Assembly (NCBI RefSeq): GCF_032062105.1
Contig: NW_026938891.1
Span: forward strand, 434,001-498,000
DNA from: Saccostrea cucullata
Lineage: Eukaryota
DNA length: 64,000 bases
Direction: 5' to 3'
Part shown: positions 23,010-35,559 of the stretch, piece by piece
Layout: each line of letters starts with the position of its first letter
Numbering within the stretch: position 1 is the stretch's first letter
Translations under genes and position numbers: made by a program
The notes under the pieces: model-generated
Database searches by the model: none
What the model saw: only the letters and a program-made list of their open reading frames with translations
Told to the model about the DNA's origin: nothing

Positions 23010-25985
23010 CTACCTTTTCTCGCAGATGGGATAAAATTTACTGTCACACTGGTTGTCATTCCACTCATAGTTGTACTGATCAGACATTTCCATACAGTGC
23101 TCATCAGAATCGTCGCCCCCGTTATCTGGAGATCCGCCACGATAATTGGTGAACATTGCGTCCAGGCGCACCTGAGTCCCTTCCCATACAAAGGTACCAG
23201 TTTCTGCAATGTCCGTGGCTCCTATCCAAAATCTCGGCGAATGGAACTGTCCTGCACAAATTTCATTTTTAATTCTACATTTGATTGCTAAAGCTTATGA
23301 TGATTCCACTAAAGCTGTGCATATTCAATTTCTCAAGTGAAAGGAATATATTATTTTCGAAATAGAGGTGCTAGCACTTGGCTAAAAGAAAATGTTTACC
23401 TGCTCGCATTTGAGTATAGTGATAAAGTTCATTTCCTAGCAGTGTGAAAATAAAAATCTGTAAATGTACCATTGTATTTTCGTCAGAGTTTAAGGAGGAA
23501 TTGCGTGAACAACCTGGGTATCATATGGCATTGTTATTGTTTTGCTTTGTAAAACCCTTAACACATGTACCTCTCCTGTCAAAACGTAATCTTGGATGTG
23601 TATGATAGCGCTATTTCATGAAAATTCTGCGAAAGTCGCATTAAATCATGCAGATACTGTAGTTGGTGATATACGAGGGGTGATCAAAAACTTTTTGATC
23701 ACTATATGCGGTATTAATCAACATTTGCCCCCCAAAATCAAACTTTGATGGAGTAATATTTAATTAAGTCCTTAAACAGGGGAGTATATGCTGACTTCAA
23801 AGCACTGAATAATTTCATAAAAACTTTTTGACGTCACCGTAATTTCAGTTTTTTATGAATTTTGGAAAAATGTTGTGGATATTTTAAATAAGAGACAGCG
23901 AATGTGTGTTCAGGATAAATATTTTGATATAAAGTTGAAATATGTTTTTCTGAACACACAGGATTAAATTGTTGAAATTTTGTCCATTTTGTCCTCTTTC
24001 TGAAAAAGGATATAAGTTTGGAAACAGAAAAATACACTGCTCTGGAACTAAAAATTTTCTGGCACAATTTATTGAATTCAGCACATTTCAGGAAGTTTTT
24101 GGGGGCAAACATATGCAATATACCGCATATATTGCACACTTATAGTCATGATCATGTTCTATAAATAGCAAATGAAAAGATTTTATTTTCTCCATCATTG
24201 TGACGTCACAATGTGAAAATGACGTCAATACGTAGGTGACTCTTAACAAAAAATGGTTGCCCCAGTCTTACTCGAGGAACGAACGGCTGTAAAGTTTAAC
24301 GTATAACTTAAAAATTCCTTTGAAGTAATTTATAAAAATTTGTACAAAGTAACAATAATAAATTGGATTGATTGTTTTAAACTAAATGCCTTTTGTTTTG
24401 TTAGCTGGGGGAGAGATGTGTCTGTTGTCAATTTGTTATGAAAGATCGCCAAGTTATGTACACAATTATATAATAATTAAATTCCTAAAATATTGTTTAT
24501 TTTATAAAAAATTAAAAAGAACGCTTCCATGCAAATGGTTGTTTGCATTTTCCTACCTCCTAAATTAAGTAATGATACCTGACACTGATTTGTTATAAAA
24601 TATATGCAAGGTGAAATATATGGAAAAATATGATAGTGTCTTTGAACAGACTGCTTCGGAGCATGTCACGTGACCGCGAGGACCACGTGAATCGCGCATG
24701 AGCAGCAAAAGTTCAATTAAAACAGAGATACAAAATAATGAACACTGAAACGCAATTTTATTAGTTTTATGGAAGTTATTCAATTTGTTCGCGAACTTTT
24801 TGATCACCCCTCATAGATGGAGTTGTGGATAAGAGACGGGAACTCTGTTTTATTAAGTTCATTTTTTTTCCATAGGATAAAATTGGAACATCTTTCTAAT
24901 GGAAACAAAACAGATGGACACAAGTGATAGAGTTTTTGAGAAATTGACCAGTGGAATAGATCTAAGTGTGATGCCTACCCTCTAGTTTGGTATGGGGAAC
25001 CCCAATCTGTCTGCAAACTAACAAACTAAATGTCTTAGCCTGTCATGATATGTACACAATTCTTATAAAATGTTTAACTTCATGCTCCTCCTAAATTGTC
25101 ATCTCTGATTTGTAATATATGAATGATATGGAGAAACAAAAAAAAACAATAAACAATTCATATATATAAGTATAGAAAAATCTATTCGTACCATGGACAC
25201 TTTTCAGATAATGTACAAGAAATGCGTTTTCTTCCTGGGTTTCGATGCTGACCAATTTGGTTCCATAAGCATGGCAATACATCTGCATATAGATTTTGAA
25301 ATATTTTTTTTTACAGATTTAATTAATATTTTACATAAAGCTTACATAGACTTCACAAAATGTGGATTTTGTAGTTAATTTCCATGTATTAGCAATAACA
25401 ATTAACGAAAATATTTACAAAAACATGTGGAAGATGAGTTTTATTTGAAGACTTATTGAAGCACTTACCCTGCCCTCAGCCCACGTAGACTTGATTCTGA
25501 GAATGTGGTAGCAGGAATCATCGTGTCGGATAAATCCATTAGGACACAAGGCAAAGGCTAAAAATAAAACATGACCGATATATATACAAGGTCAGTAGCC
25601 TTATGTATTAAAAGTTAAATAACTAAAATTACAAAGAGATATCAAATAGTAGAGAAAACTTATTAATTTATTAAGAAAATTTTGCACGATATTGCGCATG
25701 GCAATTCAAACTGCTTAACACAATACTGCTGAGGGCATGAGTAAAATTTCTTTAAGTTAGATTTACAGAAAGGCTTTAAAGAGAGACACAATTCCAATAT
25801 CCAAGGTTTAATCAATGTCACTGTTATATGCATCACATTATAAGAGATAAGTCGAAAGTATTTTTTGTTGATATGAATTCAAAGTTTTCACTGCAGCTGT
25901 TCTATATACATACATGCAGCTGATAGAAAAATAATGAACCAGTACCTTGGCAAAGACAAACCAACAATATCAAAATCATCTCCAT
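23010..25985 (-). CDS. Secreted single-CRD C-type lectin (perlucin-like), 4 exons, ~153 aa
   Basis: Minus-strand exons 25985-25946, 25557-25469, 25282-25192, 23251-23010 splice in frame: MEMILILLVCLCQAFALCPNGFIRHDDSCYHILRIKSTWAEGRMYCHAYGTKLVSIETQEENAFL...FWIGATDIAETGTFVWEG...GSPDNGGDDSDEHCMEM...EWNDNQCDSKFYPICEKR*. Contains the CTLD WIG and WND motifs and six domain cysteines. The terminal AG|GTAGG could instead be a donor to a further short exon. Confidence 0.9.
23674..24813. mobile_element. Tc1/mariner-type non-autonomous element, copy 1 (lectin intron 3), with a nested insertion at ~23704-24130
   Basis: TA|cgaggggtgatcaaaaa ... gttcgcgaactttttgatcacccctca|TA. The interior from ~24140 aligns with 26990-27867. 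Confidence 0.85.
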
Positions 25986-26911
25986 TTTGTTTTCTTATCT
26001 CGAGCTATTCCACTTTTCGTGTCACCCATACTAGTGTTTATTGAAATCTATAGCTATTATTTACAAATACATGTATAACAGCACTTGTTCCACGTAAATG
26101 TCACATTCTACGAATGTAGGTCGTCATTTTCATTCGGGGTGGGGGTTGCATTGGGTTTTTTTTTTTTTTTAGATGTGTTGTCAATATATAGTTGAACATA
26201 TGTCCGGTAAAGTGTCTGTGAAGACTGATGATTTTAAAAATCTTACAATATCGACGATAACATGTATTTCAATGACGCGAGATCAGATTTGTTTTTAAAG
26301 GATACGGTCGCATAATGATCAAGATTGGTAAAAATGTTTGCTTCTTTGTATAGGAGTGAATGACTATTATTATTATTATGCATTTAAGAACTATTCGTGT
26401 CATTTTCAATGAACAAGAAACACAAATGGGTTTGAAGAAATTTACAATGCAGAAATCTTTAAAATCTGACAGTTAAGATGTCATCCGATATCCCCTTTAG
26501 AAATACCTCACCGTGAATGATTTATGAAGTTTCCGGTAACTGTGTTGATACGAAGAAGTGAAATGTTTAGGAGTCCCAATTAAAATTTTACATTATTGAA
26601 AAACAACTCAAAAGAAAAATGAATGAGGATTTATTGAAATGGAAAATACAGTATTCTTTTTAGGAAAAAAATGTTTGAATTATATCAATGTATTTCGGCC
26701 TAAAAGGAGAATGGAGGAAAGAAGAGTTAGTCCGATATGATTGATTAGGGTGACATTGATAACCCCTGATCACTTTTAGATGCCTGTGTAGATTTTCTTT
26801 ACAGTTTATTACAACAGTTTTCAGAAAATATGGAGCGCTTTTTTCACAATAAAATTCGACATATTTATCTTAAAAAGTGTTTTATAGTAAAAGAAGATGT
26901 ATAAAATAATA

Positions 26912-27867
26912 CGAGGGGTGATCAAAAAGTTCGCGAACTATTTCTATATTTACAAAACCGCAATTCAGATCAGACTGAAATTTGGCACACCTATAGTCAT
27001 GCGCATGTATTATATAGCATATGAAAAGTAATGATTTTCTCCATCATTGTGACGTCTCAATGAGAAAATGACGTCAATAAGTAGGTGACTCGTGACGAAA
27101 AATGGTTGTGACAGTCGAGCAACGAATGGTTGTAAAGTTTAAAGCTTAACTTGAAAATTCCTTTGAAGTATCTTATAATAATTTGTACATTGTTTACGAA
27201 GACAATATACCTTCAAGACGTTCAATCATAAATTGGATTGATTGTTTAAGTGATGGGAGGGAGAGGGTTAAAAAATGAAGTTTGTTTTGTAGCCCAGCGA
27301 AAGCAAGCTAGGGAAGAGATGTGTCCTTTGTTAGACAATTTGTTAAAAAGGATTGCGAAGTAACAGCTACAAAAATGGTTGAATATCTTAACAATAATCT
27401 TATTATTAAATCCCTAAAATATCATTTAATTAAGATCTTTAACAAATCAAATATGATAAAAATAAGGTCTCAACAACTATATCCATATTGGATAAACGGC
27501 GTTCCTAAGACAAGAGGACTTGGGTTCTGATGGTCATCATGTTCTTTCTGGGAAAGGATATCCAAATATAATTTCCGAGATTTGGTCATTTCTGACAAAT
27601 GGTATGTTCTTGTTATAAAAATTAACTTGCATGGTAAGAAATATAAGACTCTGAAAAATATTTTGGCGTTCATGAAAAGAATGCTTCAGAGACTGTCATG
27701 TGACCGACTAGATCATGTGATTCGCGAATGGGTAGAACAGAGGAAGATGTGCATTTTATAAATAAAATCTGAGAAGGATACTTTAAAAATAATGAACAGT
27801 GAAAGCTAATTTTATATGTTTTATATAAGGTATTCAATTTGTTCGCGAACTTTTTGATCACCCCTCG
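26912..27867. mobile_element. Tc1/mariner-type non-autonomous element, copy 2
   Basis: Perfect 27-bp TIRs cgaggggtgatcaaaaagttcgcgaac with TA target duplication; no transposase ORF. Confidence 0.9.
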
Positions 27868-29921
27868 TAGTCTAAGAAATTCTTAATTCATAAAGGACTC
27901 TAGAAATCTTTTTTCACAAAATGATGTTTGTGATCTACATGTACCTATCTATAATCATGTTTGAATACATAAAGTGAGGCATATCATTTAATCTCAATTT
28001 TTTTAAATCATTTTTTTCATAAAAAGTTGTTTCCATAATGGAATACTGCTCAAGGTATTTTTAATTTCAGTTTTCCCGATCGAACTGCCGTACATTTCAT
28101 CTGGGAAGCGCGTATGTAGTGTAACAGGTAAATAATAAATCAATTACATAATATTGTTACCTACACTGCGTGATCAAGTGCTGTTTAAAATTCACATTGA
28201 CAATGTTGAGCTAACTCAGTTTTTGGATACCAGCTTACCTTGGCGTAAGGATTTTTAATTTTTTTGAAAACCAGTTTTGGAGGCCATGTCTCTGATCAGG
28301 AGGAGGTATGTATAAGTATAATCAAGTGTGGTCTTTCTAAATACTTCTGTCCTACATCTAGAAAAAGTGATCAAGGATCGTGAAATAGTTTATATAGTAA
28401 CAAAACTATGCACTGCGTCTGCTTGCACTAAAGTCTTGCAAAACTTATCTATGAAAAGCATTTAAAAATCACTTAATTACGATTGCGTTTCGAAGAAGTG
28501 ACAATGGAATGTCATAATTTCAGACAGTAATTATTCACTTTGACGGACATTTACTGATAAAGAATTATGGCGTCTTTACTCAAAATATGTATATTTTGAA
28601 ATCTACTTTTGCGTGTATTGTAATTTTTTTAAATAGATTTGGTCATAATAAAGTATTTCTTGTAAAAAATTTTGATTCAGATTGAACCTAAATACTGACT
28701 TCCTCTAGTGAATATAATGTTTGTTTTAACTTCACTAGGTTCAAATAAATCGATTTGTTATACCTTCTTTAACGTTGATTTTCACAAATTCACAAATTAT
28801 CTGAATAATGTATGCTATCAATTTACGGGACTGATAATTCCTTTTTTTCAAAGACCAGCAATGGAGATTCTCTTCAGTTTGGGGATTTTAATTTTCTTTT
28901 TTTTAAGTTGGCAATTTCAGATATTCTGTGGAACTGGATCCATTTCAATGGAACTGGTGACCACAATGAATTAATACAAGTTGCTGTCCTTTAAAAAAGG
29001 ACTGCAATACGTGGACCATATGCATGTGTTTCTAACCAAAATTCAATTTAAGAAAAATTCCAGGTGTAGTGAATATTCATGTAGGTTTGTTCACATTTTC
29101 TACAATGATCTGCCTACTTATGATTAATTGTAGTCTCAAAGCAAAATTGCTAAATTTTATCTCCGATTAGCCTTTAGTTTTGTCAGTTTAAAAAATCGGG
29201 CTAGTTTGATACATGTAACCCATAATGGCTGGGACTAGACACCTGTTCTGGATTTATACGGAAGAAATCTATCATGAGAAAAATAGATCTGATGGTACAC
29301 TTTAGCACAGCTCTGTAGTACACAGATTTTTTTGTCGGAGCCTCCCCCTCCCCCGGTTGCTACAGACCTCTATCAAGCGGTATTTGGATTGCTGATATAT
29401 CAAATTATTTTTCGAGCCTTGATGCACAAAACTAATGCAGGTGAAAACTTGTTCTTTTAAAAGCTAGAACTAGTCGTTGAATGACGTTTTTTATTCAAGC
29501 TGTTAAGTTATATGTATCTATATACAGCAAGTTCTTCCTACTTTTTAAAATGCTTGTGCCAGAGTTCTAATCAAAGTTTAGTTTGTATATAAAAGTATAC
29601 GTAGAAGAGAGAAATTCGGATCCGCCAATGAATATATAAATACGATATACGGATTTAAAAGCGCGATTTGTCAATGAATGGCATATTCTAATTCGAATAG
29701 GGCGAATTATTCTACGGGCAAGTTGCCTAAGGGGCGAACTCTCTAGCATTCTCGCGCATGCGTAGCCTGTCGTTTGCCCATGGCATCCGTTTTAACCTCG
29801 CTTATATATTTACTGCTTGGACCCCAGGGTTCTAGTTTGATAATTGAAGGCGGGAATCCTGTTTAAAGAAAAACTGAATAATTCTAATAATATTGGATAC
29901 AATTTTTTTTTTGATTTCCAG

Positions 29922-32323
29922 GGCTTTGTATAAGCGAAAAGGGTCTGATTTTTCCAGAAGCGATGAGGGCTTATTTCAAGGCGAGACAATTTACTGCCAA
30001 ACCCTTGAAATCTCTAATGATGAAAACAATGAAGTTTATGATGAACAAGTCACCGATTATGTAGAGAGGGTTGTCAATGATACCAAACACGTCTTTCACG
30101 CAGGACCAGTCTTCTTCAAAGGAACCATTATCTGTGAAAAATCGAGAGGAGAGTACACGTTATCTTTCTATCTGTATACAAAGTCAATATGGAAAGAAGA
30201 GGTAAAAACATCTGTAAAGAAATGTTACTTCGAGGATTTGGTTAGCCAGTCACCTGCATTGTCTCTAAAATCAGAGAGAATATTACAACCTTGGACGACT
30301 GTGGTACAGGGATCTGTAAATGCGAAAATATCTGATGGATGTTCAGCTAGTGGAAACAAGAAAACACAGATTGAAGACGTGGAGAAAGAGATGATAACGA
30401 AATTTCTCGAGGGTAACTCGTTGACAAGGTGGACTTTCATGGACATTTTGAAAGAAATGTACATATTTGAAGTGAATCATGCAACTTTTTTATCGCGTTG
30501 GGTCCATTTCATAGCAACACCAATCAACATGATTTTGAGCATGATGTTTCTTTCACAATTTTACCTGATTGGTGGTCGCTATGGTAGCATAATAAACCTG
30601 AACGCCTCTCATATACTGGTTTTCCTTCTTGTTGCCGGCTACATGCGGTTAGGAACTATCCGGAAGTGCGAACTTTGGGGAATTTCTGTGTCTATCGTCA
30701 TACTCTGTCTTTCGTTGACAGGAAGGTCTCTCTACATTCGGGTCTGTGGATACGAGTCTTGCTCGGAAGGCATCTATATCTTACCCTTAGTGTTTGGGTT
30801 TTTTACTAGTTTGCTTCAGATCACTAGCGATTCCTTATATTCGGACTTTTCAACAGGGGGTAAGCATATATGTACGGTGTATGCGTTTGAAATATTAATT
30901 ACTAAAGCAGTTATACGCATATTCTTTCTTCTTTTTTGATTTAATCTTCAATTTCTCTTTCTTTATGATTTAAAATGTAATTACTTGAAATTATTATGTT
31001 TCAGATATTACATTTGAGATACTGAAAGAAATTTTATATGGGTTCACATTTGACACCAGTCTATCAATTCACGATCAACTCCGACAAATTGGGTGGTTCT
31101 TAGCTTGGACGGTGCCATCTACATTTGTGTCATGGGTACAACAACTTGGAGTACAGGTTGGTTAACCTTGGATTATACAATTTTTATGTACCGAATGGTG
31201 ATGCTTAATATTATAACTGGTGCAAAATATAATTATTATTTGTGTGTTGAGTTATGTGAACGTTGCATTCAGAACTTTTCCCTCGTGTAGACGAGCGACA
31301 CCAAATAATGAAGAAGAACTTTAAAATTAGGAAACTAAAAGCCATTCAGCAGTGAGGGTTTCTTATCATGCCAACGCTAACTGTGACACGGAACATTGTC
31401 TTTAATTGTAAGATCTCATCCGAAATAGCTTATGTCTAGATCTGTGCGGCAAACGAAATTTGGACCCAGACCCCCCTTCGCAAAGAAAAGACTCTAACAT
31501 AAGGCCACCGTAAAAGGTTTACATTCAAAGTAAATTTGCAGTCTAGTGCTGTTAAACATTGCTTAGCTTTTTTAAATCCTCTTCTTCAAAAACAAAAAAA
31601 CTTGAAATGGCCGTTTCAATGACAGGCATGCTTGAAAAACTTTACCGTACGGAGAATTTGAATCCAGATCATTTTGACATTTCATATTAACTTTGACTAT
31701 GTATGTTGGCCCAATATACGAGATCTCTTTTTTTGTTTTAGATATATATATGGGCCAGAATTAGCCTTCGGGCTTTTTTTGGTGTCTTTGTGTGTCAATT
31801 CTTAAATACGTTTAATCAAAAAGAATAAAAAATTTAAAAACAATTTCACACATCATTTTGTGCACTCTATAATGTTGTTAATATTCATTTTTTCATGTTT
31901 TTAAATCGTGATACAAGTAAGCTATGAGGCAAATTTTAGAATATAAAATATAGTTAGTGGTTGAACCTTTAAGTCTAACGAAGTACGAACATATTGAGTA
32001 AAATTTTAATATACTTCATATTTTTTCTAACATTTTATTCAACCCTGTTTTAGGTGGGATTTGTACTGACAAATATTGGATATAGACCAACAGAAGCCGA
32101 AATTTATGTCAAGTACCTGAAAAAATGTGAGCAAAATAATTTGGACATTTATCATCGCTTGCCAAAGTCTTCCAGCGATGTATCGAGAATGAACATGTCC
32201 TCTCCGTGTGTTCTGGCTCTGAAAGAATGTGGGCTGATGAGGAAAGAAAAACTGACGACCAAAGAGACCCTCAGTCTCTGTGTTACCATCAGATTATGTG
32301 CAATGTATTTCCAAAAGAAGTAA
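29922..32323 (+). CDS. Multi-pass membrane protein with Mpo1/DUF962-like C-terminal domain (5' end unresolved)
   Basis: Exons 29922-30859, 31005-31156 and 32054-32323 join in frame (~452 codons). Motifs EVNHATFLSRWVHFIATP and VLTNIGYRP resemble the H-x8-H-x4-P and GYRP signatures of Mpo1/DUF962, with several hydrophobic helices between them. No start codon could be assigned confidently. Confidence 0.6.
31345..31510 (-). mobile_element. Degenerate tRNA-derived SINE copy
   Basis: gccattcagcagtgagggtttcttatcatgccaac..gtgacacgg..atctcatccgaa aligns with 42960-43040. Confidence 0.55.
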
Positions 32324-32489
32324 TATTAATTATTTTCTTGCAAGGAAAACTAAAATAGAAAATAACTCACAGACAAAAGTTGTATCGTTGTTTTTGAACA
32401 TGTACAGTGTGTTCTTGTTAATGAAATTGATTTAGAGTTGCTTTTGCCAAAAAGAGAGATATTGGAAATCTCCATGCTTATTATACATC

Positions 32490-33440
32490 TGTCGTTTGTT
32501 TTATTTATCGACGACGTATTGTCTATTAACAATGATTATTTCCATTCTTATGACCATACAATATATCCCAATGAGTTTGAAATAAAAGATACCGCAGAGT
32601 CTGAAACGTCTGCTTCATATTTAAGCGTTAAACGTAATCTAACAACCAAGCTTTCCAAAGAACTTTTGGACAATTTGAAATCACAAGATTTACCAAAATC
32701 AACGACTTAAAAACTTACGACTTTTCAATTTTATACGCAACCATTCCCCACGATAAATTAAAGTCCAGGCTTTTTGATATCATTGACAACTGCTTTTTCA
32801 ATAAAAATGGAACTCGTAAATTTACTTACCTTGTCATTGGTCATTTGCAGAAAAACATTCTGATTATACACACAAGAACTCAAAAGTCAACATTAAAAAA
32901 AATGCTTAAGTTTCTGATTGACAACATCTTTGTTGTTTTTGGAGACCAGGTCTTCCAACAATCTATTGGAATTCCCATGTGTACCAATTTCGGCCCGTTT
33001 TTAGTAGACCCATATTAGTATTCATGTGAAGCAGAATTTGTGCAAAATTTTATGCGTGAAAAGAAGAAAACTTTTGCTGTGGCCCTCAACTCGACATCTG
33101 TTTCAATTTGGATATTTTACTTGAAAAAGATGTGAATTATAATCTACATGTAACAACCAAACTCTTTGATAAACGTGAAGACTTTAATTTTTCTATCCTC
33201 CACATCCCTTACTTTAGCATCAATATACCTTCATCACCTGCACATGGAGCTTACGTATATCAGTTGATTCGATACGCAAGAGCATGCTCTACGTATGAAC
33301 AATTTCTAAAACCTTTCTAAAAGGTAAATTATTGACAAACAAGCTGATGAAACAAGCATGCATATCAGCAGTCTCGTTTAAAGTCATCATTCGCAAGTTC
33401 TATGGTCGATATAATGACCTTGTCATTAAATACAATTAAT
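32490..33440 (+). mobile_element. Rearranged Penelope-like RT remnant
   Basis: FIDDVLSINN..IYPNEFEIKDTAESETSASYL; LDNLKS..KTYDFS..TIPHDKLK; QSIGIPM..EAEF; LDILL..KLFDKREDFNF..SSPAHGAYVYQLIRYARACSTY. Confidence 0.85.
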
Positions 33441-34346
33441 CATTAACTTAAAGTATATATCAAATGTCTTAGACAAAAGTTCGGCCCAGTCATTGACATC
33501 TACATGTAATTTAGTGAACATACATGTATATATGGTGATGAAAAAATTGCATGCTCATTGAATTCTTCGAAGTAAACTTAGTGCTGCATGTACGAGTACA
33601 CATGTGTATACAAAATGTTTATTTGTTTTACCGGCTCTTTGTGAATATGTGGATGATATTTCATTATTTATGGTATATTGTGCCAAATATGAACCATTGG
33701 CGTCGGAAGCAAATTGAAAGTGGGGGGAGGGGGGGCTAAGTGTAAAAAAAAAATCATACCTTCAAAGAAAACCTGACAAGCAAAAAAAAAAAAAAAAAAA
33801 AAAGGAATGTCCCAAAAACTCGTTGGGGAGGGGGGGGGGGGGTAGTGGTTAGGTTTCGAACTTCAGTACTAAATTTTTTTCCAAACAACAGCACTTTCCC
33901 TATATTTAACCTATACTGCGACGTGTCTATGGAAAGTGTGGGGGGGGGGGCTAAACCTACGAAACAATGTTCAATGTCTATACTAAGTATTTTTAATTAA
34001 ATGTTTTCCTCTCTTTTTCCCCTTTCAGAATTTATTATAAGCTGCTGTCATATTTATTCCTTATATTCCGCAAGTTTTTTTTTTAAATGTCCAGTTCAAA
34101 CATAATTGTTCAATTAATTATTAATTATATAATTTATTCAGAATATAACTCTCCGATACCTAATCTAAATAATTTATGATTTAAATCATGCTCCCAGTTA
34201 ATACTCGTTCCTGACCAATTCTCCGCATCATATGTATTCATATGTATTTGTATGAAGAATTTAAACTGCAGTTTTTTTTAAAAATAATTTACATCGAAAT
34301 TTCATGATTTTTAGTTTCTTTTGTATAATAAGTCTCTAAAAATCCC

Positions 34347-34572
34347 ATGCGCAGATCCAGGAATTAAAGTTAGAGGGGGCGCCAAAAGTAGGCAGGAGGT
34401 CAGGGTGAAGCCCCCGGAAGCTCCTGGATTCTAAAGATTTTGTAGGTAAAATTGAGGTCTACCGAGTAGTCATTTTTACATTTTCTCGATGAAACTATGA
34501 TTTACGCTAACTTTGACAATTTTAAGGGAGGGGGTGAGCCCCCCCCCCCCCCGAAAAAAAATCCGCCACTGT
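34347..34572. mobile_element. hAT-like GC-rich MITE remnant
   Basis: Ends catgcgcagatcc ... aaatccgccactg, with internal G and C runs. Confidence 0.45.
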
Positions 34573-35559
34573 AATTGCATTGTGCTTAACACAAAGATTA
34601 ATTTTACAAAAGGATAAATACAGTCTTAAAATTTCTAGAGATTCATGAAAAACCCAGCTTCCAAACAAAAGAACTTCCAATATATATATTAAAGACTTGA
34701 CACAGGGTTTTCAGTTCTGTTGAACTCAAATTCTGGATATTACAGTTCAAATCGAATTGAGCTTTTGTTCAGCTTACTAGTATTCCTTTTGCGTAACATT
34801 GATTTTACCTTTATAGTTTAAACATAATCCTAGGTAATAAAAAATGGTTGACAATTTCCAAAATTTCATGACTATAAGTCCATGAAAAATTATCGCTTCC
34901 TCTTTTCCTGAATACTTTAATTTTGGTTTTTGCGGTGTAACGCGTTAAGTATATATTCTGTAATTCTTCTGGTGAGTTAGCGAAAATATGACATTATTTA
35001 ACAAGATATAATCTAGTAAATGATGCTTTTTTGTAGGTTTTCAATCGCTATACTATGGAATAATTCTCATCAATAGATATAATTTAGTATTTTTGCTTTT
35101 TTAAAAACTATATTGTGATCATTTTTATTGATTGGATTTGTTGACGTCTTTTTATACATGTAAGCATAACGTCAACGTAACGTTGCGTGTCTCGTGTGAC
35201 CCAATTAATTACACAGGAAGAAGACTCTCACTATCTAATGATTCAGGTCAATCTATGTGTTTGATGCAATTGAACTTTAATAATTCTGATTCTGGGTAAA
35301 AGAAAAAAAGAAAAGAGAGATTATATTTTGAATATATTACCTTATGTTTGACCTCAATGATACAAGATATTTTCTTCAGAAAAGTGGTCACACACTAGAG
35401 CAATACCGTTACATTTAGCAATCTATTTATAGTAACAATGCCTGACCAGAGAATCTGAAAATTATATTTTTCTTAAATGATTTTTAATAAGCTTTGATTT
35501 GATATATAACACAAGCGGTAAATACTAAATATAAAATTTGACGTGTGGATACTACATTT

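Noticed and set aside
22959-23291. 110-aa plus-strand ORF and 70-aa minus-strand ORF
   Set aside because: Antisense and wrong-frame shadows of lectin exon 4.
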